Below are positions 12,130 to 23,548 of a DNA stretch of 64,000 nucleotides, one piece after another. Position numbers and translations under genes: made by a program. The DNA comes from Fistulifera solaris (taxonomy: Eukaryota): positions 930,001 through 994,000 of the forward strand of contig AP026133.1 in assembly GCA_030295235.1 (NCBI GenBank), given 5' to 3'. Below the pieces are notes generated by a model, which did not search any database, had not been told where the DNA came from, and worked only from the letters and a program-made list of their open reading frames with translations. Numbering within the stretch: the stretch's first letter is position 1; each line of letters begins with the position of its first letter.

Positions 12130-12302
12130 AGTTCGCATCCAGGAAAAATTCAAAATCGCATTTTTTGTATTTTTTCTGTTTTTTAAAGAAAATCAACAGT
12201 GCGCCTTGATTCAAAGGACATTTTACAGGTACATCAATGCCTATCTTTTTCGTGTTATTTCCAGTTTTCATAGTTATCATATTTCCCGCAGTCTCCGGTG
12301 CT
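12130..12302 (-). repeat. Right terminal inverted repeat
   Basis: Reverse complement of 5226-5396 in two conserved blocks. Confidence 0.9.
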
Positions 12303-13161
12303 AAGACCTCAACACTCAACAAATATCTAAACAGCTAAAAACACTACCAGTATAAAGTTCTGCCATAAAAAGTAAAAAATATGCCAGTATCAATTTCTAC
12401 TTTTTCAAAATCAGAATGCAATTTCGACATTCGATTGATTTTTCCATTGTTCTTTCTCATTTTTCACAAAACCGTTTCGAGACATGTACTAAGCACTTTG
12501 TGCGGTCTTCGGTTGTGGCTCAAGGGCTTATGATGTCCCTTATTCCGTACAACGTGTGCCACTTCCTACTTTCCGCCAAGAGTGGTTTCAAGAGTTAACA
12601 AGATACTCCGTACATTTCACGATGTTTCCAGTCTTGAGTCTTGATTTTCCCGATTGCCTAAAATGCCTCGTAAAATGAACGAATGATGGCTAAAGCTGAA
12701 AGTCACAAGTCTCAGAGAGTTGATAGTTGAAAGTTGAACCATCCTACTACCAAGCAGCGATAGCAGGTAGATTTGGATTTCTGATGGTTGCTAATTCTTG
12801 TATGGCTGAAAAGTGGCCGATGGCAAAAGCAATCAATCATGAATTGGACTTTGTTTCATTAACCAGCACGGACTACCGGAAACTTGTTTGCATGATCTTG
12901 CGAACTTTCCAGTCGCTTTCTTACCATTGGCATCATTAGTTCACCTCTTATTCCCCAAATTCAGCAGGTGCTGTAGAACTTGCTTGCTGTATCGGATGTG
13001 CACCGACCGTCTTAACCTATGACCTTCATGAAAACAGATTGATGACGATCTTTCATCTACAAATGATTGGGAGAAGCATTTCGGCAATATGTATGAATTA
13101 ATATCACAACTAGCTTATAAATTACCTATTGAAACAAAACACGGGAATCGCTGAATATTCT

Positions 13162-13749
13162 TCATCGATTTGCTTGGTCTGTTTCCATCTTGTTTTCAGC
13201 CGCTTCTTCTACTTTGCTGACATCGACCGAAGCATTCTCATTCTGCATGTATGTAATTGGAATCTTGCGGACACTTGCTTCCAGCTTCTTCACGTCTTTA
13301 GGCGCCATAACGATCAACACCCCGTCCTTCAAATTTGCAGTCAAAGCATCCACATCGACGCTGGGGTCAAGCAAGAAACGTTGTGTAAACTTCGATGACA
13401 TGCTGTGGCCATCCTCTTTCATTTCATGGCTGCCTTTTATCGACAAGACTTTTCCATCATTTTCCAAGCTGACTTGAACGTCGTCTTGAGTCATGCCTGG
13501 CACTTCTACCGTAATCTTGAAGGCGTCCGTCTCATCGACAATATCATACCGAGGATATGCCTGACTGAAAAAATCACGATTCACAAGATTTTGGAGCTGC
13601 TGGTGTCGCTGATGGATCAGCGAACGAGTCGAGGTCGGGTAAAAGAAAGCACTGGTAGTCGGATCACGCAGAACCAAATCAGATCCGAACAACCAAGCAC
13701 TCGCCATGGGTGATAGCATGAGGAATCCGAAGGCTGAGTTGAGCTTCAT
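13162..13749 (-). CDS. Small heat-shock protein (HSP20/alpha-crystallin) with N-terminal signal peptide
   Basis: VEVPGMTQDDVQVSLEN...FTQRFLLDPSVD...LKDGVLIVMAPK and C-terminal IPI motif. N-terminus MKLNSAFGFLMLSPMASA|W. Confidence 0.92.
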   Translation of the reverse strand: MKLNSAFGFLMLSPMASAWLFGSDLVLRDPTTSAFFYPTSTRSLIHQRHQQLQNLVNRDFFSQAYPRYDIVDETDAFKITVEVPGMTQDDVQVSLENDGKVLSIKGSHEMKEDGHSMSSKFTQRFLLDPSVDVDALTANLKDGVLIVMAPKDVKKLEASVRKIPITYMQNENASVDVSKVEEAAENKMETDQANR

Positions 13750-14041
13750 TAGTCTGAAATCGTTGGGAGAGTTGAGTTGTGTCGTTGTGAAAAGGCGAAA
13801 TTGAATTTATGAGGACAGAGGGCAGGTTCGGCTTGGATTGCCAACGACCAGAAATCGTAAAGAAATTCGAGTATAGAATCCAAAAGAACAATTCAATCGT
13901 ACTGGGACTCCATAGCCACTCGTCGAAATTTGATTGGCTCGCAGTGGGATTATAACATACATTGCACCCTAGTTCGGCATTCACTTGTAGCAGTGCCCAC
14001 TTAAATATGATTTAACAATTGTACCGACACAACCAGGATAC

Positions 14042-15711
14042 TTATTGCAAGTGATTCTTGATCAAAGGAAAAGCAAGGCGGAAATCGTGCTCGCAACGAG
14101 CAGCGCTCCCTTCGCAAGCAGGCTTTTGATGAGTACCAGCACTTGGCAGTCCGCCCCAAACTCTCTGTTCTCTAAAACAAATCTTCTCTGCAATAGCATC
14201 AAATCCGCCTGCATCTATCGCGACCAAACTTTCGTCACACTGTCTAATTCAGACAGCGGCCTATAAAGAACCTCCGTCGAAGGGGAAGATATACATCAAA
14301 GAGTGCTTTCCCGCTAAAACTTATACAGTCGATGGTTTGATTACTTTCTTCGATGTAAAATAAGGATACATTTGGAGTATTGTTGATTCGTAGCATATTT
14401 TCGGTGAGATAGAGTGAGATGACATCAGTCGAGTAAAAGTCGTTTGAGGTATCGACAAGCACAATAAACTTCCGAAGATCAACGGAAGTCACGTACTTTG
14501 GGTGATCAGTCTAGAAAAGAGAAGAATCAATCGGGGTTCTGAAAGGCATCACTCGGTGCCCTCAATGGAGAATAGATCGCCAGGTCAAGTAGCCTCGCCG
14601 GTTCTGTGCTTTCGCCGAAAGATGGCATAGTGCAGGGAATGCCGTTTTTTACTCTCAAAGGCACTTCCGTCTGCTCTCGACTAGGTATTTTTGATGTTAT
14701 ATCCGTGCGAAAGAAAATATTTTGGTTGTTTGTTGAGTCAGGACGGGTCGGTTCGAGAGCAGGGTCTCAGCATGCGATATGCTCGGTGTAGCGGAAGGTT
14801 TTATGCTTAACTCTTCGTCCACCACATTGACCCTTGTTACTGGTAAGGATGCTTGAATGGATGGTTCTGATGAAATTTTCGCAATATCATGGTTCAATGT
14901 TGGGTTATGTGCGGAACGGATATCGTGGAATCTTTGCCCGACAGGTGATGTCGTGTCCGATTCTTTTACCATGAATCTCCATCTACTATTCTTTGGCCCT
15001 ATATCGTAAGCTCAACAGATATCAGGGATGGTTGAGTCGGACAATTGCTTCTAAGGTTGGTTGGATAGGCTGTATCTGTCCGCTTTTTTGTATTGACTAT
15101 GAAGTTCGGCGGTCTATTTTAGTTGAATACACGATGAAAGACGAAAAGAGAGTAAGTAAACGTGTATAAGAATGCTTTAGCACTGCATAACTGTTGGTTT
15201 ACGAACCTTTCTTCCGATAGCATCTGTATCGGATTGTCGCTTTGTTCGGTATCCTCGTGGACTTGTTGAATTGCAGAGCATTCAACGACTGCAAAATCAG
15301 TGATGATATAGTTCCGAGCGCCGTCGGGAGTATACTTGCTGATATCAATTTCAATTCTGGTCGGAAATCCTTGATCGGAATATGTGTTGGAGCAGCGAGC
15401 GGCTCCTGATGAGGGACAGTCTTGGACGCATAACGAGTCGATCATGTCAAAGAAATCATCTATAGTTTTGTCGCCTTCTCCGCTCAAAACGCCATTACGA
15501 ACTTTTACAATCTTGGAAGGAGACGTTCCTATCTGAAAGCCAGTGAATGTGTACGAAAAATCGTAGCATGGCGGAGCTGCCCAAACAGCCTTCGCAGTCG
15601 ACAAGAGTTCTGCTGATTGCTCGTAATTTTGGCACGGTTTGTCTTCCAGTTTGAAGACTTCTTGTCCGTCCGCGGCAAGCAAAAAGGAAAGATCCAAGCG
15701 ACCGGCTTCAT
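14042..15711 (-). pseudogene. Degenerate paralogue of the 24793-26119 surface protein
   Basis: PCQNYE...W..PPCYDFSYTFTGFQ is shared with 24793. Downstream fragments (FSGKALFD, IDAGGFDAI) match FFGEAFFD and LDDGGVDAV, but the intervening frames contain several stops. Confidence 0.6.
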
Positions 15712-16995
15712 TACTTTCGAACACAGTGAATAGGGACAGTCATAGTATGCATAATGAACGAATCGTAATCCTTCCCTGACATGGTCGTTCTGGAAGTTGA
15801 TGGAACGCTGAACATTTTTCGCGACTTTTTGACGTTCTGCATTTTTTGCGTGCCGACGACAAAAATAGAGACATACACGGAAACCATTCACCCACGTTGC
15901 GCAGCCCTACTAACAGAATTTGGATCCAGCGGACGAGAAATTCGCTCCGGGTGCCGCGCGCTTGTTTCTATCGATCATTGAGTAGGCGAATTGGCTGTGA
16001 ATGAGGTGAGCGGTGCACTTGCAAGTTGAAATTGAAAAGAACCGCCAAAGCGGACGGTGGAACAAACGACGGGCCAATGACGTACCATCGGGAGTGTGTA
16101 ATGAAACAGTATTACATTTCCGTTGACAGCCAACAGCCAAGTCCTGCTGCCGCCGAATTGCCCGCAATGAGAAAGTTACGGAGCACGTGAGAACTACGTA
16201 CAAAATCTACTGCAAAACCAGTGGGAATCATCATCCATGATGTTGCTCGGATTTCATCACCTCAACTTTTTTCATAATTTGAGGTGAGTGAGCTGCAATT
16301 CCATCGTCTTAAAATGTCGACGAAGATGAGTCCGACGCCCTTTCAACTCTTCGTTGTTGGTAATGTTGCCCTGTGCGTTGTCTCTGAAGACTCTGAAGCT
16401 AGAAAGTCGGTGGGGGCGAGGATTACGCAGTTGACAATCGTCGCCTGATGAAGTGCACATTTGCGGGTTTTTATGGAGATCGTTGGCCTCGTATGCTGCA
16501 CCCAAAGTCGTCTGAGATTGTGGAGGGATATCAATGAGCAATGAGTCTTAGGCAATTATAACTAACCGATCATCAATCTGCATCAAAAGTCGATGATATG
16601 GTCTTCTATATCGGAAAGTTCTTTCCGACTTTTTGCACTTGGACGACCCTGCTGCCAGTTTGCTGGTGCCTATTGCCCCTCGATCTTCCAGCTTGCGGAT
16701 GTTGTGCAACTCTCCCTATGCGCATCTTGATCGTATCACTGCAGCTGTTGCAAGCAGATTTCCCAACGTTTGTAAAAAACGCTCCCCCATCCCCATGGGC
16801 ATCGGAAAAATTCTTTTCCTGTCTATAGCTCCCAGAGGAGTCACTTATTTTTGTACTTGTACTTCTTTCTTTATACTGTGACGTCACACAACCCCTTTCT
16901 TCTTTCTTTTCTCACGCCATAATCGAACGTCTCCTCACTTTTTTCTCAAAACGTAAGTCAAACTGGCCCGTCAACAAATAACCGAGTCATACAGC

Positions 16996-18222
16996 ATGAA
17001 ATTTGGAAAGAATCTCCGAGAGAAAACGTTGAAAGAATGGCGCTTCTATGCTGTCGATTACAAAGCGCTCAAGAAGACGATCAAGAAAGATGACAGCGAG
17101 CAATACTTTCGTCTCCTCCATGAATCCGAAGCCAAGTTATCCAGATTCTATCATGATAGAGAATCATGGGCGTTTGACTACATGCAGACTCTCCTCGAGC
17201 GCGTTCAAGCACTTCGCGAGGCTATGGATTCCCAGCGAGACGCTCCCACCGAGTCCGAGTCTTCGTCCTCCGAGTCGTCGGTGGCATCTTTGGAAGAAGA
17301 CAATGCTTCGGTGGCATCCTCCGTTGAGATGGATCGCGGCTTCACCAAGCTTTGCGTAAAAGCTCAATCTTTTGGTACAAAACAGGCCTGGTTGAAGGAG
17401 GAATACCGACGGATGGGAAGCAGCAAACAATTTAAATCCTTCATCTACGCAAAAAAGTCGCTTGCTACTTTTGATCGCGAACTCGGTCTGTTGATTGAAT
17501 TCCTTGATCTCAACAAAACAGCTTTCACCAAGATTCTGAAAAAGTTTGACAAGTGCACTGGATCAGCAATTCGCGAAGAAAAGATGAGAGGCATTTTGGA
17601 AGCAAACGCATTCTTGTCCGGAAAGACTCTAATCGAGTTGAAAGACCGCGTCGGTCTTTTGATTGACGAAGTGAATAGTTTGAAGCCTCAGCTTCCGGAA
17701 GGATGGGAGAATCGAAAAGTATACACAATTGGCTGCTTTGACTTGTTCCACCGAGGTCACGAGAATGTGCTTCTGTCGCTCCGTGAATTCGGGTATTATG
17801 TGGTCGCTGGAATCCACGACGACGACTCCTACTTCAAACTGAAAAATAAGGACGCGATCGAGGATCTCGAAACTCGTATCAATAATGTCAAACCATTTGT
17901 TGATCAAATTTTTGTTATACCGTCCACGGATCCGCTGATTTACATCAAAGCTATGGTTAGCGAGCAAGATATTGCCACTGGTTCTTGTTGCTACGCTCGT
18001 GGTGACGATATGCTGGACTTCCCCGGTCGTGAATGGGTAGAAACCGTCATGCCGGTCCATTTTGTTCCTCGGACGGAAGCCTGCAGCAGCACTTTGATTC
18101 GTACTATTTACCACGCAGGAGACGAGGAATTGCGCAAGAAAGCAGCTTTTGCAAAAACGCGATACGACGGGAAGCCAATCGATGAAGATGGAAATGTCCT
18201 CAACTTGAAGGTTGCGGCGTAA
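16996..18222 (+). CDS. SPX domain fused to a cytidylyltransferase (HxGH) domain
   Basis: SPX motifs MKFGK...W..Y.VDYKALKK and LNKTAFTKILKKFDK. Cytidylyltransferase motifs GCFDLFHRGH, GIHDD, RGDD and RTEACSST. Confidence 0.92.
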   Translation: MKFGKNLREKTLKEWRFYAVDYKALKKTIKKDDSEQYFRLLHESEAKLSRFYHDRESWAFDYMQTLLERVQALREAMDSQRDAPTESESSSSESSVASLEEDNASVASSVEMDRGFTKLCVKAQSFGTKQAWLKEEYRRMGSSKQFKSFIYAKKSLATFDRELGLLIEFLDLNKTAFTKILKKFDKCTGSAIREEKMRGILEANAFLSGKTLIELKDRVGLLIDEVNSLKPQLPEGWENRKVYTIGCFDLFHRGHENVLLSLREFGYYVVAGIHDDDSYFKLKNKDAIEDLETRINNVKPFVDQIFVIPSTDPLIYIKAMVSEQDIATGSCCYARGDDMLDFPGREWVETVMPVHFVPRTEACSSTLIRTIYHAGDEELRKKAAFAKTRYDGKPIDEDGNVLNLKVAA

Positions 18223-18332
18223 CTGACAACCATCAATCAACGAGCTCCTAGATTGCTATTAGAGGCGACTGGATGCAATGAGCTGGCTTGTATTTGCAGC
18301 GTGGTATTTCATTGATAAACATTAAACTTATT

Positions 18333-19367
18333 TTATATCCACATTTCGTTTTGTTGTACACGGAGTATCATCTTGGGTCTCCTCTTCAACACATCCGTGC
18401 CCAGAATGACATCCGGTGATTTGACTTGTAATGCAGCCAGTCCAGGAACTTGGCCCACATACACAACTGACTCTCCAAACATAGATATTTCGACTGCACT
18501 TTTTGTCGGGTAAAGCTTGGTCGGTTTGCCGTCCCCTCCCATGATTGTCAAAACTTGAGAGTCGTTCTGTGAAAACAAGGACTTGAAAGGATTTCTCGAC
18601 TTGTTGGCTTCGACGTTTTGTACATCAATATTTGCTCTCTTGGCCGCATCTGGGTGAATAATCGTTATGGGCGATCCTGTATCTAGCAAGGCTGTGAGCT
18701 CGACATTGTTGATAGTGATTTGTATCAAGGGAAGTTGCGTGATAGGCTGACGTTCTATGGGAATCATTTGTAGCCCCTCCTTCTCTGAAGCATTTGTTTC
18801 ACTCAAAAATCGGAATTGTCGATTCTCCCAATCAAATTCGACGCCACCGGGAAAGCATTGCAAAAAGGCTAAACTGAGTACACCGGCGGCGGCTGGGTTT
18901 GAAACCGGCAACACGGAAGCCGTCAGATCTATCATGAACAAATCAGGCCCCATACCATCTAGCTGTGTATCTCCCAAAAGGAAGGTCTCTCCACCGGGTA
19001 TGGATCCTGTGGCCGATACACCTGGCAAAGCAAATTGTCCAGTCGATTTCAATTGCAATTCGGCGACGACTGGTCCTTGAATTGTGTTCGTATTGGCGGC
19101 AGTGTCTACCACAAAATCTAAACTAACACCTGTCTCATTTCTTGAGCGCTGTGCTGACGTACCCAAATTGGGAAACCTCAAAGCAAGGCAAGGATAAGGG
19201 CCAATGAATTTCAAAGGAGCGGAAACGGCCATGACATCATGTTCCGTTGAAGGAGGGCCTGAGAAGATTGCCAAGCCCGCTCTATTCGAACGTGAGACGA
19301 AAGCAGGCCCGAAAGCGAGAACGGGTGGTGCAAAATATGCAATGGTAATAACGTAGAGGAGACGCAT
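18333..19367 (-). CDS. Two-domain retropepsin-like (clan AA) aspartyl protease, probably plastid-targeted
   Basis: FVVDTAA and LLDTGS motifs, each followed by a G(V/I)L(S/G)-type motif. Signal peptide ends VLA|FGPAF. Confidence 0.75.
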   Translation of the reverse strand: MRLLYVITIAYFAPPVLAFGPAFVSRSNRAGLAIFSGPPSTEHDVMAVSAPLKFIGPYPCLALRFPNLGTSAQRSRNETGVSLDFVVDTAANTNTIQGPVVAELQLKSTGQFALPGVSATGSIPGGETFLLGDTQLDGMGPDLFMIDLTASVLPVSNPAAAGVLSLAFLQCFPGGVEFDWENRQFRFLSETNASEKEGLQMIPIERQPITQLPLIQITINNVELTALLDTGSPITIIHPDAAKRANIDVQNVEANKSRNPFKSLFSQNDSQVLTIMGGDGKPTKLYPTKSAVEISMFGESVVYVGQVPGLAALQVKSPDVILGTDVLKRRPKMILRVQQNEMWI

Positions 19368-20066
19368 TTTGTGTTGCCTTGCTGGTGGTGTAAGTTTCAA
19401 ACAGAATGGCGTTAGTTTGTGAGATGTTTTTCCTGCGACTTGGTTTTTTTGTGAGAAATTGAAACGCGTGTGACTCAGTCGTGTTGACGGGTGATTGTCG
19501 AGGCTGAGTCAAAATAATCCTGACCGTTACTGACCCTAGAATTAGAATGAGCTAATGGCTACTCGAAAACCTAACTACTTCTTCTAAACACTCCTATAAA
19601 CTTTGTAAGTTAGCTATAACGCGACTGGCGGAACTTGGATGGAAGAGTGTTAACGTACTTATCAATTCGTCAAAGTCGAGATCGGAAGCCTAAAGGACGC
19701 CTTCCCTAGAGAGCGATGTCCCCACGCGGCAGAGCAGCAAGAACCGCGCGGTAGCGGCAACGTAGCGGCAACTTATCCCATCCATCCCTCTAAGCTCCCC
19801 TTGCATCTTCCAAAAGAGCGAGTGAAAGTTGTGAGAATTGATACGAATGTTGGACTTCCGATCTTCGTACATGCCATGACGCTTCATCAGAGGCTCCTTA
19901 CTATAGCAGTGACCTGCTGATCAAATTAAGAGGATACGCAGTAGAATCGACAAAATCTAAGCAACAGAAGAGTCTGAATGATTCAGCCAGCGATAAGCGG
20001 TCGGCATCAGATTCTTGTCAATGAATCCAGACAAGTAGTGTCTAGTCGCTCGTAGCACTCATGTCC

Positions 20067-21727
20067 TCAGCATATGAACTCCATCGGATCATTACCGATC
20101 GCGCCTTCCTCTCGTAGTCTCTCCAGTTCTTCGCGACATTTTGGCCACAATCGTCCTGCAGCTCGCTCTTCCAGTTGCTTTACGAGAACGTCCACAGCAC
20201 CGCCATTTGATGGAACACCATGATGCAGAACATTAAAAGGCAGCTCATCAGATGGTTCCCAGTAACGGAACATGCGCGCAGCGCGTTCGATTCCACGGCG
20301 AAGTGATGAAATCTGTTCTGCTGTTACTTCCTGCAGTCGTTCTTCCAATCCGTATCCATGACATGTAGCGTTGTAGTGCTCGTGTTCGTATTCAGATGCA
20401 TTCCAACGTAACGAAAACTCGCTCGGATCCAACCACCAGTCGTTGTTTTCGGGAAGGATTTCGGTCGAAAACGGCCAAACAAAGTCGTCAGATAAAATAA
20501 CCGGAATGCATCCAGAAAAAGAGCATCAAACATGCGCTTGGCGGAAGCTGTGTCGCCACCCGGACAAGGACAAAATGTCGCCAATCTCATGGCGATCCAA
20601 TATGGTTGCTGCAATTGTTGACGCAAAGGTAGAAACGATGAACTGCAGTGTTTGTAGTCACGGTTCATGGCTCGTCGTAAAGGAACACATGCTCCATGAA
20701 TACCGGCTTTTAGCCAGTAGGCGAAGGGTCGTCCTTCCGGAACAGATACTTCTTGCGGCAAAGCTGCTGCTTTTGTATGATTCGATGCACTCGACGAGTC
20801 GTCATTGTCTTGTATGTTGAGGCTGTAATTGCGCATGACTTCTATCGCAATGCGATCCAACACCCCGTTGAACTGATTTCCGTCCGTGACAGGATACGGC
20901 AAAAGGATGTTTTTCCGTGAACAAGCGGGGTACTTTTGAACAAAACTTGTCGATAATTCTACAGACAAAACAATGGGCGGGTCGAGTTGTCGCTGAGTAT
21001 GAATGAAATGATAACTTCCTCTCTTTCCCTTGGGGTGTGTCAAGCCTTGTAGAGGCTCAGAGAAAATCAAAATATGATCGGCTCCACCTCGTCGTTTCCA
21101 GTATTTACTCGTCAATCCAAATTGATTTTCCCATGCTGCATATTTCGCCTGATCATTTTCTTGATCAGGTGAATCCAGTATATTGAGAATGGCTTGTGCG
21201 TAGGGAGACGTTGCGTGCGATGGCGGTTTACCACGAACACCGGCATGAAATTCGACGCTCGGCAAATAGGGCACCAGAAATAACTCAGCTTGTTCCGGGT
21301 CATACGTACGCAAGCAAGAATTGCGAAGCAAGTCGTGCACGATGAGTTCTGTGGAGAACTGTGCCGTCATGCTGTGGGGATAATACTGCTCACGTGCTTC
21401 CCTTCGAATCACTTGAAGCACTGGGTCCCAAGGGTACTGAGGGAAGCTAAGATTATTGTTGCTTTCATTTGACAGAATCGACCCACGCCATTCAGGTTCT
21501 CCCGGAGAAGGATAAACATATACTTTCCGATACAGACTTGAGTTTCGAAAGACGCAGATGCTGTCGAGTGTGTTCTGACTTGCAGAAGAGTCATCCGTCG
21601 TCAAAGGCAACCAAACGGAACTTATAGAAACCGACTTCGGTAAAGCAACTGGTTCGAAGCGAAAAATTATCGAGCACCAAAAGAACAGTAACACAACCGC
21701 TGCGAGAAGTCTTAAAGTGCGTGTCAT
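20067..21727 (-). CDS. Exostosin-family glycosyltransferase (GT47)
   Basis: N-terminal TM helix and motifs KVYVY, RTYDPEQAELFLVPY, YWKRRGGADHI and FCPCPGGDTASAKRMFDA. Frameshift near the A-run at about 20516-20520. Confidence 0.88.
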
Positions 21728-22405
21728 CCTTGCAGCATTGTGACAAATCGACAAGATGAAGGGTTTCCTTCCAAAGTACGGCGGTCCGATGTCGTCGTGT
21801 AGTCGGACCTAAGCGTTAGAGTACGTTCAAGTGCAGATTAAGTCAAGGTACAGTAATATATCTTGTCTACGCTTTTCGAATCTGTTTTGAACATTGTTAC
21901 TTCGAGTATTTTGTTGCATGCATTGCATCATCTCGATCGGTACGGTACCTGGTACCTGGTATCACGCGGTCTTTTTGTTTGCGTGTTTCAGTATTGAGCG
22001 CCAAGTCTCCGGGACTGGAAATCAGTTGAGTCGGAGACTGTTAACAGTGCGCTTTACACTATAGTTAATGTTTATTATTTCATCTCAAAGGAATGCGATT
22101 GCGAATTTGCGAGGCACTCCATGCTAACACCATCATGAACAACAATAACCGGAAACATCCATATGTCAAATCAATAATCGTTCGTTCAAGATGCACAAGT
22201 CGACAACTTCGGTTTCCGTTTTGCCCCGTTTACGCACAAAGGAGAATGGTTGAAGAAGACCGAAAATGGAAAATGGAGGTTTAACTTGGATCGTCAAACC
22301 CTATTGACACCATAAAAGAAGAATATCATATCTCATATACATATATTTATATCGATTGACCATTATACAGGCCAGAACAAAGTCTATTCAGCGATAAGCG
22401 TTGTT

Positions 22406-23548
22406 TTAGAGCATGCTCTGTTCCGGAGCATTCATCGAGCCGTCTTTCATTTCCAGAACACTTGTAGGAGAACTCACGCCTGCACCACGGGAATTCGATG
22501 ATCGGTGCAAGCCTCTGGAGTAGTTGAAATAGAAAGCAGCAAGAGACGATGGCACCTCAGGTAGAACAGGAGCATGAGTCGTCTGTTCGGAAAAAGGATC
22601 AAAATTGTAGTACAGATTTTCCGGCTGCTGTTCATTGAAAGCCGGATCAAAATCGCTGTCATCCTCTGGCAGAGAGAATAGGTCGAGAGAGGGCAGAACG
22701 CTTCGGCGCGGTCCAAAGGCTGGAGCAACGTGATCCTTTTTTCCTTCCGATCCTTCAGAAAAGAGAAGTTTTGGCATGAGAGGACACTTCATTGAGAGAT
22801 GACTGCTTTCCGAGTCCCTCTGGGTTGGATAGCTGTTTGCGATGCAATTGTTTGCATCATGGTTCACTTCACTAGCATAGGCGGAAGTATTAATAGCTTC
22901 AGAAGACACGATTGGAAAGTCAATCGCACCTGAATTTTCAAGTTTAAACATCATAGCATCGTGATCTCTGTGATCCTCGGGCTTCTCAGCTAGCGTCCCG
23001 ACGATTCCTTGAAGAGCTTTAGATTTCAAATTCACAGTGCTTCTTGTAAGCACTGACTTGCCGTTCCTCGGATTGCCGGAGTTCATGGTGGACGAGGATT
23101 CAATAGTGCGCTTAAGATCGCTTGGATCTTTGCTCACATCGAGCATCGCTGGAGTCTCGCGAGGCGTGGACGTTGGATTCACTTTTACCTGATTCATGTG
23201 CAAAGGTTTCATTAAGAATGGACAGAGATAACAAAGAATAACCAGACGAGCCGATTCGTATGGTACATGCGGTGAAAATGGCAAATCAGAGATGAGCGAG
23301 TGCGCCGTGCAGAGAGAGTCAAAGTGTGACCGAGAAAGTCTGGCAAGCAAGCTTGACTTCACCTTTCAAGCGATGGGAAAAACTCCCGCAGATGAAAAAA
23401 CTTGGAAAGTTCAACACTCCACACCATACAACAAACGGCTCGTTTCTTTGACACTTGCCTTTCGATGAGTGACGATTGATGGTGAATCTTCAATCTTCTG
23501 AACAAAAGTTGGGAGTCTGTGTTCTGTGTTGTTTTTAGAACGCGACAT
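22406..23548 (-). CDS. Hypothetical Ser/Pro-rich protein; 5' exon structure uncertain
   Basis: 318-codon open frame with low-complexity composition and a possible intron near 23362-23189. Confidence 0.4.

Larger units (their letters stand above)
5226..12302. mobile_element. PIF/Harbinger-superfamily DNA transposon (7,077 bp) with transposase and three cargo genes
   Basis: Inverted termini AGCAC(A/C)GGAGACTGCGGGAAATATGATAA... at 5226-5281 and 12247-12302 (52/56 identical). A flanking AAG direct repeat lies at 5223-5225 and 12303-12305. A DDE transposase lies inside. Confidence 0.9.

Noticed and set aside
5139..12539. Possible outer termini GGGACA...TGTCCC (larger element or host MITE)
   Set aside because: Only 6-7 bp match and no target-site duplication. 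The inner 56-bp TIR with AAG is far better supported.
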